A stretch of DNA of 64,000 nucleotides from Candidatus Bathyarchaeota archaeon. GTDB lineage: Archaea; Thermoproteota; Bathyarchaeia; Bathyarchaeales; Bathycorpusculaceae. The notes under the pieces were generated by a model that was not told where the DNA came from, searched no databases, and worked only from the letters and a program-made list of their open reading frames with translations. Position numbers and translations under genes: made by a program. Where the stretch lies: contig CAWHXY010000004.1 in the NCBI GenBank assembly GCA_963833575.1, forward strand, positions 704,001-768,000. Direction: 5' to 3'. This document shows, in pieces, positions 1-9,654 of this stretch; positions within the stretch are counted from its first letter, which is position 1; each line of letters starts with the position of its first letter.

Positions 1-215
1 GCGGGGCAATGGTACCACGCGATAAGGCAAAGAGAAATACCCGACGTGTTTCGTTTGTTGAGCCTCAATTAGCTAAGGAGCTTAGGCAAAAAGGCACGTT
101 TCTAGCTTCGTGGGTGGACACGAAATACTATTGTATATCTTGTGCTGTTCACCGTGGAATTGTTAACGTTAGAGCAGAAGCCGAACGCCATTCACGGGCA
201 AAAAGAAGATACTAA
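1..215 (+). CDS. rps26e: 30S ribosomal protein S26e (5' partial)
   Basis: VPRDKAK and YYCISCAVH..IVNVR motifs of eS26; frame is open to the window edge. Confidence 0.92.
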   Translation, partial: GAMVPRDKAKRNTRRVSFVEPQLAKELRQKGTFLASWVDTKYYCISCAVHRGIVNVRAEAERHSRAKRRY

Positions 216-844
216 ATCGCTACAGCTTTTTTCTTTAATTCCGTGTAAACATGAAATGCTCTTTGTACAACGGTAAAGTTTGAAAGTACAGCCAACAGGA
301 ATATGCCGTAGCCTAAGGCGGGTAACCAGAAAAATGCGATTATGCTTACAGCAGCCAAAATAAGCATACGTTCTGCCCTTTCAGCCAAACCCACTGACTC
401 CATTTTTATACCTGCCGCTTCCGCCCTTGCACGACTGTAACTTACCAGCAAAGAGCCTGCTAAAGCGGCTAAGCCCCAAATTGGCCCCCAAGTTGATCCC
501 CAAACTGTATTGCACAATCCCGCGATAATTATAGCGGCGTAGACTGCTGCATCCGCGTACCTGTCAAGAATTGAATCAAAAAAGCCGCCGAAGACGGTTG
601 TTTGTTTGAAAGTTCTTGCGACAATACCATCAAGAGTGTCGCAGAAGCCCGAAGCTAAAAGAAGTACTGTTGCGAATAGAAGAAGCCACAATTGATTTTG
701 AGCTAAAGTGTATGCACCAGCTGATGCTAAGGCGAGGATAAATCCTACAATGCTTATTTTGTTTGGAGTCAAACCTATTTTGTGAGCTGCTATTGCTTGG
801 GAACTTAGCATTTGCTGAATTCTTTTCTTCAATTTAGTAAGCAA
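212..844 (-). CDS. CDP-alcohol phosphatidyltransferase (archaetidylinositol phosphate synthase-like)
   Basis: DTLDGIVAR..GGFFDSILDRYAD signature and SYSRARAE..GLAERAER; TTG at 844 chosen as start (ORF extends to 856). Confidence 0.9.
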   Translation of the reverse strand: MLTKLKKRIQQMLSSQAIAAHKIGLTPNKISIVGFILALASAGAYTLAQNQLWLLLFATVLLLASGFCDTLDGIVARTFKQTTVFGGFFDSILDRYADAAVYAAIIIAGLCNTVWGSTWGPIWGLAALAGSLLVSYSRARAEAAGIKMESVGLAERAERMLILAAVSIIAFFWLPALGYGIFLLAVLSNFTVVQRAFHVYTELKKKAVAI

Positions 845-1073
845 GTTAACTCTCAACCAGCTTAAATGTTAAAAGCTCATTATAAGTTGGCTGTAGAAAA
901 GGCTTTCCAGCGAATATAGAGCTTACATGCTTAACAATTCTGGCTACGAACTGCTTCTTTCAATGAAACTTATTAGGAAGAACAATTATTATTTTGAATT
1001 AACGTTTCCGTTGCAAGCCAAGTGCATGTAACAGCAACGTTATACAAAGCAAACAAAAAGGAGCATAAACAAA

Positions 1074-1361
1074 ATGACTGAAAATGCAGATGTTATCTTC
1101 GTGGGAAACAAACCTCCAATGAGCTATGTTCTGGCAATCATAACAAGCCTATCAGCAAGTAACCTAAAAGAAATCACTTTGAAAGCGCGAGGTCAGGCTA
1201 TTACTACTGCTGTTGACGTAGCTGAGATCACAAGAAACCGGTTCATTAAAGACCTCAAAGTAAGCAAGATTGCTATAGGGACAGCCGAGATGCCACCACG
1301 TGAGGGAGAAAGCAAGTCCAGAATGGTTTCCACGATGGAGATAACCCTAAGCAAAAAGTAA
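1074..1361 (+). CDS. albA: DNA/RNA-binding protein Alba
   Basis: IFVGNKPPMSYV..LKARGQAITTAVDVAE; AGGAG upstream. Confidence 0.95.
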   Translation: MTENADVIFVGNKPPMSYVLAIITSLSASNLKEITLKARGQAITTAVDVAEITRNRFIKDLKVSKIAIGTAEMPPREGESKSRMVSTMEITLSKK

Positions 1362-1584
1362 AAACTGGATACAGTAAACCAACAGAAATCAATTCCAAAA
1401 CTTTTCTTATTTTTTAATCCACCCTTAGCAATATTTCACATCAACTAAACGTTTTACCACTCATCAGGTTCTAACTTGATCATCCAAAGTGAAGCCCTTT
1501 ACAAAACTCTGAATCAAGACAATCCTACATCGCAAAGTTAAATAGCTGATTTTGTTAGTTAGAGAATTATTCCGTGTGAGTCCA

Positions 1585-2874
1585 ATGTTAGATATCAAGC
1601 TTATTCGTGAAAATCCAGACCTTATAAAGGATAACTTGGCTAAGCGAGGCAACCCTGAATGCGTTCAAATGTTAGCAGACTTAATCGCAATAGACAAAGA
1701 ATGGCGGATGAACCTAACAAAACTAAACGAATTTCGCCACGAAAGAAAACAAGTAACTATAGAAATTGCTAAACTAAAAAAGGCCCGCAAAGAAGCTGAC
1801 GACGAAGTTCGAAGCGCTCAAGACATTGACGAAAAAATAACAAGCCTTGAGAAATTAGTTGTTTCGCAAGAACAAAAAGAACATGATTACCTCATGCAAC
1901 TTCCAAATTTGCTGGATGATTCTGTTCCGCTTGGAAAAGACTCTAATGATAACGTCCAAATTAAAACGTGGGGAGTAATCCCGAAATTTAGTTTTCAAAT
2001 AAAAAATCACATTGACTTAGCCCTGGAGCTGGACCAAATTGATATGGAAAGGGCTGGGAAAATTTCAGGCGCCAGATTTTTCTATCTTAAAAACCAAGTT
2101 GCCCAGTTAGATATGGCTTTAATGTGTCTTGCGATTGAGGAGCTAGCAAAAAAAGGGTACACCCCAATTATTCCTCCGTATTTAATGACACGAAAAGCAT
2201 ACGAGGGAGTAACAGCTCTAGACGACTTCGCTGATGTGCTCTACAAAGTTGAAAACGAAGACCTGTACCTCATTGCCACTTCTGAGCATCCTATGGCTGC
2301 AATGTACATGAACGAAGTGTTAAAAGAACAAGAAATGCCTGTGAAGCTTGCTGGAATAAGCACCTGTTTTAGGAAAGAAGCAGGGGCTCATGGCAAAGAC
2401 ACAAGAGGAATATTTCGCACTCACCAATTCAACAAAATAGAACAATTCATCTTTTGTAAGCCAGAAGACTCGACTAAGCTACATGAAGAACTACTTCAGA
2501 ACGCAGAAGAGTTTCTTCAAAAACTTGAATTACCATACCGAGTTGTCAATGTTTGTACGGGCGACATTGGAACTGTAGCGGCTAAAAAATATGACATTGA
2601 AGCTTGGATGCCTGCCCAAAACGGTTACCGTGAAGTGGTCTCATGTAGCAACTGTACCGATTATCAAGGAAGACGGTTAGGTATTCGTTATAGAGAAAAA
2701 GAAGGCGCACCGACAAAAGGATTTGTTCATACTTTAAACTCTACGGCTGTTGCTACTGGGAGAACCATAGTAGCTCTATTGGAAAACAATCAGCAAGAGG
2801 ATGGTACAATAAAAGTACCTGAAGCTTTGAGGAAATACATGGGGAATACAGATAAAATCGTGAGAAAACTCTAA
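1585..2874 (+). CDS. serS: Serine--tRNA ligase (type 1)
   Basis: MLDIKLIREN start, LIATSEHP, FRKEAG..RGIFRTHQF, EVVSCSNCTDYQ, HTLNST. Confidence 0.97.
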   Translation: MLDIKLIRENPDLIKDNLAKRGNPECVQMLADLIAIDKEWRMNLTKLNEFRHERKQVTIEIAKLKKARKEADDEVRSAQDIDEKITSLEKLVVSQEQKEHDYLMQLPNLLDDSVPLGKDSNDNVQIKTWGVIPKFSFQIKNHIDLALELDQIDMERAGKISGARFFYLKNQVAQLDMALMCLAIEELAKKGYTPIIPPYLMTRKAYEGVTALDDFADVLYKVENEDLYLIATSEHPMAAMYMNEVLKEQEMPVKLAGISTCFRKEAGAHGKDTRGIFRTHQFNKIEQFIFCKPEDSTKLHEELLQNAEEFLQKLELPYRVVNVCTGDIGTVAAKKYDIEAWMPAQNGYREVVSCSNCTDYQGRRLGIRYREKEGAPTKGFVHTLNSTAVATGRTIVALLENNQQEDGTIKVPEALRKYMGNTDKIVRKL

Positions 2875-2924
2875 ACCTTTTAATATTTCTATGAGATTGT
2901 TGATGCACGTTTGGAGAAATTAAT

Positions 2925-3560
2925 TTGTCTTCAAAATCAAAACACATTAGAGATAAATGGCGTGGAAAAGGATGGTACATGGTTGTTGCCCCATCCTTCT
3001 TTGGGAACATTGAGTTAGGTGCAATACCGGCTCAAGAGCCAGAACAGCTTATCGGAAGAGTTGTTGAAGCGACTTTATATGATATAACAAGCGACTTTTC
3101 ACATCACTATTTGAAAATGTTCTTTCAAGTTAATGAGGTTGACCAAAAAAATGCCAAGACACTGTTTAAAGGTCATGAATACTCACGAGATTATCTTAGA
3201 AGCCTAGTTCGAAGAAGAACCACAAAAGTTGATTCACTGATTAATCTAACCACTAAAGATGGATACAAGCTCAGGATTGCAGTTTCCGCGTTGACACTAT
3301 CCAGGATAAAGACCTCTCAGGAGAAAATAATCCGCAAAATAATGGATGCCACAATCCATCAAAAAGCCGCCGCTTTATCGCTCGACCAGTTTGTTCAAGA
3401 GATGGTTCTTGGCAAAATCGCTTCAGACATCTATAATCAAGCAAAAGAAGTTGCTCCATTAAGACATGTAGGTATAAGAAAATCTAAGCTCTTAGCAGCA
3501 CCACAGATTGCACCAGTGAAAGAAGCCCAAGTTCTTCAAGCTCCCGAAGCTCAAGCATAA
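2925..3560 (+). CDS. rps3ae: 30S ribosomal protein S3Ae
   Basis: DKWRGKGWY, GRVVEATL, RDYLRSLVRRRTTKVD. Confidence 0.96.
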   Translation: MSSKSKHIRDKWRGKGWYMVVAPSFFGNIELGAIPAQEPEQLIGRVVEATLYDITSDFSHHYLKMFFQVNEVDQKNAKTLFKGHEYSRDYLRSLVRRRTTKVDSLINLTTKDGYKLRIAVSALTLSRIKTSQEKIIRKIMDATIHQKAAALSLDQFVQEMVLGKIASDIYNQAKEVAPLRHVGIRKSKLLAAPQIAPVKEAQVLQAPEAQA

Positions 3561-3657
3561 CCTAACTCTTTTTTATTTCTTGGTTTCTTAGAGCAAAATA
3601 CTTTAGAAACGACAGTCTAGACTAAAACGCTTCGGGTTGGAGCGGGAAGTGTGATAC

Positions 3658-4116
3658 TTGTCGGCAAATGCGGGAGTACATGAAAAAGGAACTTTCACGG
3701 TTCAAGATACAATTGATAACATTAAGAAAGACCCCAACTATCCTAAAGCTGGAGCGATAGGACTTTTTATCGGAGTAGTGAGGGGCGAAACTCTAAAAGG
3801 AGAAAAAGTCGAAAAGCTGGAGCTCGAAGCCTATGAAGAAAAAGCTAACCAAGTTTTGGCTAAAATCTGTGATGATTTAACCTTAAAACCAGGAATAACC
3901 AATGTTCAAATCCATCATTTGCTAGGCGAATTTAACGTTGGGGATGACTTAGTTTATGTCGCTGTTGCTGGTTCTCATCGAACAGATATCTTTCCAGTTC
4001 TTCGAGAAGCAGTAGAGAGATACAAAAGTGAGGCACCAGTTTTCAAAAAAGAACAAATAGTTGACACAGAAGGTTCAACATCTAAATATTGGGTTTCAGA
4101 AAAACACGAACACTAA
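3658..4116 (+). CDS. moaE: Molybdopterin synthase catalytic subunit
   Basis: GAIGLFIGVVR, LELEAY, AGSHR, APVFKKE. Confidence 0.92.
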   Translation: MSANAGVHEKGTFTVQDTIDNIKKDPNYPKAGAIGLFIGVVRGETLKGEKVEKLELEAYEEKANQVLAKICDDLTLKPGITNVQIHHLLGEFNVGDDLVYVAVAGSHRTDIFPVLREAVERYKSEAPVFKKEQIVDTEGSTSKYWVSEKHEH

Positions 4117-4143
4117 CCCCAAATTACCTACGAGGTAAATGCT

Positions 4144-5061
4144 ATGATTACAGCTTTAGCAGGCGGAGTTGGCGCAGCAAGATTTCTCACTGGTTTATTG
4201 AAGATTGTTAAAGAAGAAGACCTTTCTGTGATCGTAAATACCGGTGACGACATAGAAATGTTCGGCCTACATATTTCGCCTGACATCGACATCGTAGCTT
4301 ACACTTTAGCAGGAATTGTCGACGAAGAAAGAGGGTGGGGAATAAAAGGCGATACCTTTCAAGGTCTGGAAATGCTGAAAAAACTTGGCCTAGAAACATG
4401 GTTTGCATTAGGCGATAAGGATTTTGCTACACATATTTTTCGAACTGAATTGTTAAAAGCAGGTTTTACTCTTTCACAGGCAACTGACAAAATCTGTCAC
4501 GCCTTAGGCATTAGCGTTAAACTTTTGCCTATGACGAATGACAAGTTTGAGACGAGGATAAAAGTTGAGGATGGGTCAATTCATTTTGAAGAATATTTTG
4601 TCAAAAGGGGATCAAAAGAAAAAGTTTTAGGAGTAGAGTTCGCTGGCGCTCCCAGCGCGAAGCCTTCGCCTAAAGTGATAGACTCAATTATGGATGCAGA
4701 TACAGTCATCATTTGCCCTAGCAACCCGATAGTTAGCATTGGCACTATTTTATCAATAGATGGTATAAGAGACGCGTTAAGGAAAACAAGCGGTACAGTT
4801 ATTGGGATTAGCCCTATTGTTGCCGGTGCCCCGATTAAGGGTCCTGCAGATAAACTGTTGCGCGGTTTAGGGTTTGAAGTATCAGCTTTTGGTGTCGCTA
4901 AGCTTTACGCCGATTTTATAGATACTTTTGTCATCGATAATATTGATGAAGCTGAGAAGAATCGTATAGAGAGCCTTGGCATTCGAGTGAAAGTTACGAA
5001 CACAATTATGAAGAGTTTGGAAAATAAGAGTCAATTGGCCAAAGTTGTTTTAGAAGAATAA
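4144..5061 (+). CDS. cofD: 2-phospho-L-lactate transferase (F420 biosynthesis)
   Basis: LAGGVGAARF, VNTGDD..GLHISPDID, PSNPIVSI, KGPADK. Confidence 0.96.
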   Translation: MITALAGGVGAARFLTGLLKIVKEEDLSVIVNTGDDIEMFGLHISPDIDIVAYTLAGIVDEERGWGIKGDTFQGLEMLKKLGLETWFALGDKDFATHIFRTELLKAGFTLSQATDKICHALGISVKLLPMTNDKFETRIKVEDGSIHFEEYFVKRGSKEKVLGVEFAGAPSAKPSPKVIDSIMDADTVIICPSNPIVSIGTILSIDGIRDALRKTSGTVIGISPIVAGAPIKGPADKLLRGLGFEVSAFGVAKLYADFIDTFVIDNIDEAEKNRIESLGIRVKVTNTIMKSLENKSQLAKVVLEE

Positions 5062-5470
5062 AGAAAAAAGCAAATATATAGACTAAATAAGTGACTATAT
5101 ACTATCTGGACTGACTAAATAAGCTAGAAGAATGCTTTCTAAAGCAAGAGCGCCATGCAAAAGAAGAAAACCAAAAACCAATGTGCAAAAAACGAAACAC
5201 CATGGTACTTCAACCATGTCTAATGCATTGAAACATCAGTTTTAGAGAAGGGGGAAATTCTGAAGGGAAATAGTGGTGAAAAAAGAAAATAGAAGACGAA
5301 AAAGCCGATCTCTTGGACTGGCTATTAGCAATTGATGCATCATTAAAGTAATGTATGATTAAATGGTCCGCTGAGAGGAAGAGATAATGTGTCTAACACT
5401 AAATGGTATTGTGTTTTTTAGAAGAAGGGTTATATTTCAAATTAAGTCAATAGTAAGGCAGTGATGAGAA

Positions 5471-6139
5471 TTGGAAAGAAAAAGTTACGATTGGTTTGAG
5501 CAACGACGCAAAACTAGAGGATTAGAGCTAGCCCATGATCAGATAGCCAAAGCTTTCGACACCGTAACTTGGCTTCATAAAGCAACCAAAAGCTTTGCGG
5601 AGAAAAATTTTCAAGAAACTCAAAAATACATCGACAATTTGTACAAGACTGAAGAAGGTGTAGATTCACTTCGAACGGATGTATTCATGGAGTTATCCAA
5701 AGGCGCAGCTCTTGTGGCAGATTACCGAGAAGATCTCTTGCACCTCGTTAAACGGCTAGATACGTTAGCTGACCACACTAAAGACGCAGCAAGATGCCTT
5801 GAAATGCTCTCTGGAGCAGATATTCCACAGGAACTTAGCGACAAAACAGTTTTTATGACAGGAAAACTTGTCGATACAGCTCAAACATTACGAAGCAGTA
5901 TAGAAAAAATCTCCTCTAACCCAACGGAAGCAATTAAAGAAGCGAAACAAGTCGGCGACATAGAACACGCAATTGATGTCGAATACTTGAAAACTAAAAG
6001 CTTATTCGTGAAATATGGCGCAAACATAAACTGCGGAGCCATGGTGATTTTTGATGACCTCATAGAATTCATTGAGCAAGCAGCAGACATGTGCGCAGAC
6101 ACAGCAGACTACATCTTGATACTCTCAAGCAGAGAATAA
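5471..6139 (+). CDS. DUF47 / PhoU-like phosphate transport regulator
   Basis: Two helical repeats with E..D, REDLLHLVKRLDTLADH and IEQAADMCADTAD patterns. Confidence 0.8.
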   Translation: MERKSYDWFEQRRKTRGLELAHDQIAKAFDTVTWLHKATKSFAEKNFQETQKYIDNLYKTEEGVDSLRTDVFMELSKGAALVADYREDLLHLVKRLDTLADHTKDAARCLEMLSGADIPQELSDKTVFMTGKLVDTAQTLRSSIEKISSNPTEAIKEAKQVGDIEHAIDVEYLKTKSLFVKYGANINCGAMVIFDDLIEFIEQAADMCADTADYILILSSRE

Positions 6140-6286
6140 AACACTTAACATTTCTTTAATATTTCTTAATTATTAATTCCAGGTTGTAATTCATACATTT
6201 TTAATAGCTCTTTTTGGCCTATTCGTATTTGTAGGTTTGAAGGATTCCGTCTCTGATTTCAATTAATTTAATATACATAATTTTTA

Positions 6287-8698
6287 ATGTGGCTTCTTGT
6301 AAGGAAAACAATGAAAAAGTGTAAGCTCATTCTAATTTTCCTAATTTTTATCCTAGTCCAATCATATTGGCTATCAAAAGCTTCTTGTTCCATCAATTCT
6401 AGCACCGACGACTGGACGACGTTCCGCCATGATTCAGACCATAGTGGATGCCTAAATAGTAACAGTTCAATGGACTCCGCCAAACTATTGTGGACGTATG
6501 CTACAGGCAGAATGGTACAATCTTCGCCTGCAGTAGCTAACGGCTGCGTTTTTGGAGGTTGCAGGGATGGCCAAGTTTACTGCCTTAACGCCTCCAGCGG
6601 AGGAAGTATATGGAAATTTCAAATTGGAAGTGAAGTATGGTCGTCACCAACAATCTATAATGGGTGTATCTACATAGGCGTAGACGATGGCTGGATTTGC
6701 ACTCTAAACGTTACCACAGGAATGCCTATTTGGGCATCAAAAATAGGGGGCGCAGTGCGTTCTTCTCCTGTAATTGCTAATGGTAACGTCTACATAGGTT
6801 CAGGTGATCATGGAGTGTTCTGTCTTAATGCGTCCGACGGAACAACAATATGGGGTTGTCTTAATTCTTACCGAGTGCAATCGTCGCCTGCTGTCTCAAA
6901 TGGCGTAGTTTTCGTCACTGCTGACAACTATTGTACTTATGCTCTTAATGCAACTACTGGAAATGAAATATGGAGCTGCCACACTGGAAGCACTATCTCT
7001 TCGCCTAGCGTTTACAACGGTTATGTCTACCTAGGTGCATCATACGACGGTAATGTTTTTTGTTTAAATGCCTCTACTGGCGCTCAGATATGGAAATATC
7101 AAACGGATGGCGTTGTAACCTCTTCTCCCGCCGTTGGTTATGGATGCGTTTACATAGGATCTGATGACAATTACGTTTATTGTCTAAATGCTTCCAACGG
7201 CCAGAAAATATGGCGGAGCCCAACTAGTTACTCGGTTACTTCTTCACCCGCAGTTGCATACGGCAACGTGTACGTGGGTTCTAAAGATTACAATATTTAT
7301 TGTTTCAACGCCTTTACAGGATCAAAGGAATGGAGTTATCCTACTGGAAATTTTGTGGAATCTTCGCCAGCTGTTTCGAACGATACCCTCTATGTTGGTT
7401 CCGATGACAAAAATGTTTACGCTTTTTCGTTATACAATGCGACCGCTGAATCCTTGCCTTTGCAATCTAAAAACAATCTTGCGTGGACCACGATTGCTTT
7501 TGATGCAATTGCAGGTACTTTGGCGGCCATTTTTGTTTTTTCAATAGCCCGCTTTGTTCGCTCGAATAAACGAACCAAACCAAACGCACAACCAACGAAC
7601 ATTTCTAGCCAGAATGTCTCTTGGTTTTCAGCACACACCGATTTAGTTTGTATTTTAGCAATCTTAGCTTTTTCAACTATTTTCTTCATCAACTTGGGAA
7701 AAGGAGTTCTTTGGGTTGCCGACGAACAAACATATTCTCAATGGGCGTTCCACATGGTTAAAAATGGAGACTACCTTACTCCTTGGGCTTTTGGTGATGT
7801 AACATTATACATAGCTAAGCCACCACTCAATATGTGGCTAATGTCTCTCGCTTACCAAGTTTTCGGCGTAAGCAATTTTTCAACAAGAATTTGGAGTCCC
7901 ATATTTGGGTCTTTATCTCTGGTTCTAGTCTTCTACTTAGGAAAAAAACTATACAACCGATATGTAGGGTTTTTGTCGGCGTTAGTTTTAGGCACATTTA
8001 CAACCTTTTGCTCTTTTGCAAGACATGCTATGACCGACGTTCCTTTCGTCTTTTTCATAGTTGCCAGCTTATACTTTTTTATTCTGAGCGAGAAAAAAGA
8101 AAAAACCAGAAAATATGCGGCTCTAAGCGGCTTATTCTTTGGTTTGGCGTTAATGACAAAGCAAACCGAGGCCTTACTAATTCCATTAATCATTTTCATT
8201 TATCTCATCGCTACAAAGAGAAACATAAAGTTTCTTTTCACAAAACAGCTTAGTTATCTCTTAGGTGTTGGACTTCTGCTTTTTTCTCCTTGGTTAATCT
8301 TTATGAGCGTCCGTTTTGGATCAGATTTTTGGCAGAACTATTTTGTGTACAGCACCGTGACGCGTACAATTAGTCCTATTGAAGGTCATGCCGGGAGCTA
8401 CCTTTTCTATTTTAGCTACTTAGCCAATAATGAAATGTGGTGGGCGATTTTGCTACCTTTTGCGGTTGGGCTTTGTGTATTCAATTCGCTTATTAGGCGT
8501 TTAAAGGAGGATACCTTGATTCTTACTTGGATGCTTATTGTACTTGCAATTTTTACCTTCGCCCAAACAAAACTTTTCTGGTATATCCTGCCTGCGTTTC
8601 CAGCGTTCGCCATTGCCATCGCAAATTTACTATATCAACTATCAAAGACAATATTCCAACGCTACCCAAACCTAAACCATAAAAGGCGCTTGAAGTAG
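6287..8698 (+). CDS. Fusion of PQQ-like beta-propeller and ArnT/PMT-like (GT-C) membrane glycosyltransferase
   Basis: Signal-like N-terminus; eight SSP(A)VxxGxVYxGSxDxxVYCLNAxxGxxIW repeats; then DE..Y..M...GDYLTP, KPPLxxWL, ARHAMTD, GLALMTK and many TM segments; start may be the second Met (6311). Confidence 0.85.
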   Translation: MWLLVRKTMKKCKLILIFLIFILVQSYWLSKASCSINSSTDDWTTFRHDSDHSGCLNSNSSMDSAKLLWTYATGRMVQSSPAVANGCVFGGCRDGQVYCLNASSGGSIWKFQIGSEVWSSPTIYNGCIYIGVDDGWICTLNVTTGMPIWASKIGGAVRSSPVIANGNVYIGSGDHGVFCLNASDGTTIWGCLNSYRVQSSPAVSNGVVFVTADNYCTYALNATTGNEIWSCHTGSTISSPSVYNGYVYLGASYDGNVFCLNASTGAQIWKYQTDGVVTSSPAVGYGCVYIGSDDNYVYCLNASNGQKIWRSPTSYSVTSSPAVAYGNVYVGSKDYNIYCFNAFTGSKEWSYPTGNFVESSPAVSNDTLYVGSDDKNVYAFSLYNATAESLPLQSKNNLAWTTIAFDAIAGTLAAIFVFSIARFVRSNKRTKPNAQPTNISSQNVSWFSAHTDLVCILAILAFSTIFFINLGKGVLWVADEQTYSQWAFHMVKNGDYLTPWAFGDVTLYIAKPPLNMWLMSLAYQVFGVSNFSTRIWSPIFGSLSLVLVFYLGKKLYNRYVGFLSALVLGTFTTFCSFARHAMTDVPFVFFIVASLYFFILSEKKEKTRKYAALSGLFFGLALMTKQTEALLIPLIIFIYLIATKRNIKFLFTKQLSYLLGVGLLLFSPWLIFMSVRFGSDFWQNYFVYSTVTRTISPIEGHAGSYLFYFSYLANNEMWWAILLPFAVGLCVFNSLIRRLKEDTLILTWMLIVLAIFTFAQTKLFWYILPAFPAFAIAIANLLYQLSKTIFQRYPNLNHKRRLK

Positions 8699-8717
8699 CC
8701 TGAGCCTTAAATACAAT

Positions 8718-8796
8718 TGGCACGTCTACTGGGATTTGACCCCAGAACCTCCGGCTCCGCAGGCTGGTGTCATAATCCATACTAGACGACCGACAC
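8718..8796 (-). pseudogene. Degenerate tRNA-Arg(GCG) (pseudo-tRNA)
   Basis: Full-length cloverleaf ending in GCCA with CT-GCG-GA loop, but acceptor stem has three G.T pairs and one G-A mismatch, anticodon stem has A-C, and T loop reads GTCAAAT. Confidence 0.8.
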
Positions 8797-8873
8797 AAAA
8801 CTTCAACCCGTTTGAAGGAGGCGAGGGCTTTATAGCTGCTTTTAAAATATCTGTGCTACCCAATAGATAGCGT

Positions 8874-9437
8874 ATGTTAGAGTACTTGGTATTGGTTGCC
8901 GCCGCTGCGTCGTTGCTTGCCGTCTGTATTTATATACGTTCCATGTTTGAGGGTCAAACCAAACCCAACAGGATTACCTGGTTTATGTGGTCAGTTGCTC
9001 CTTCTATAGCGACCGCCGCTGCCCTGTCCAAAGGCGTAGGTTGGGCAGTCATACCAGTATTCATGTCCGGATTTTGTCCTTTTCTGGTGTTTACTTCTTC
9101 ATTTTTCAACAAAAAAGCATACTGGAAACTGTCATCCTTTGACTATCTCTGCGGAGCACTATCCGGTTTAGCCCTTGTTCTTTGGTTTACAACTAATGAT
9201 GCGAATTTAGCGATCATCTTTGCGATTGTTAGCGATGCATTCGCCGCAGTGCCAACTCTAACGAAGGCATGGCATAACCCAGAGACTGAATCTGCTTGGC
9301 CCTTCATTATTGGCGTATTTAGTCCATTGACAAGTTTTTTGGCAGCGACAACTTGGGCATTTTCTGAGTTGGCTTTCCCAACCTATCTCATAGCGATTAA
9401 TATTCTGCTTGTTTTTTCAATGTCAAGAAAAAGATAA
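8874..9437 (+). CDS. Hypothetical multi-pass membrane protein
   Basis: 187 aa, about 6 TM segments, two PQ-loop-like halves (KPNRITWFMW; PTLTKAWHNPETES..W). Confidence 0.75.
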   Translation: MLEYLVLVAAAASLLAVCIYIRSMFEGQTKPNRITWFMWSVAPSIATAAALSKGVGWAVIPVFMSGFCPFLVFTSSFFNKKAYWKLSSFDYLCGALSGLALVLWFTTNDANLAIIFAIVSDAFAAVPTLTKAWHNPETESAWPFIIGVFSPLTSFLAATTWAFSELAFPTYLIAINILLVFSMSRKR

Positions 9438-9482
9438 CAACATAAATTTCCTTGCTGTGGTGATAAAACCGTAGAAGATAAG

Positions 9483-9560
9483 TGGCGGGCCCGCTGGGAT
9501 TTGAACCCAGGATTCCCGGCTCCGCAGGCCGATGCCTTGTCCGTACTAGACTACGAGCCC
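9483..9560 (-). tRNA. tRNA-Arg(GCG)
   Basis: GGGCTCG/CGGGCCC acceptor stem, TCGGC-CTGCGGA-GCCGG anticodon arm, TTCAAAT T loop, encoded CCA. Confidence 0.96.
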
Positions 9561-9654
9561 TAAAGATTTACCCAGAAAGAAAAAGGGCAGAAGAGTAAAT
9601 ACTTTGCTTAAACTTAAAAATAGTGGTTGAGAATAGAGATGAAAAGCTTGTCCG

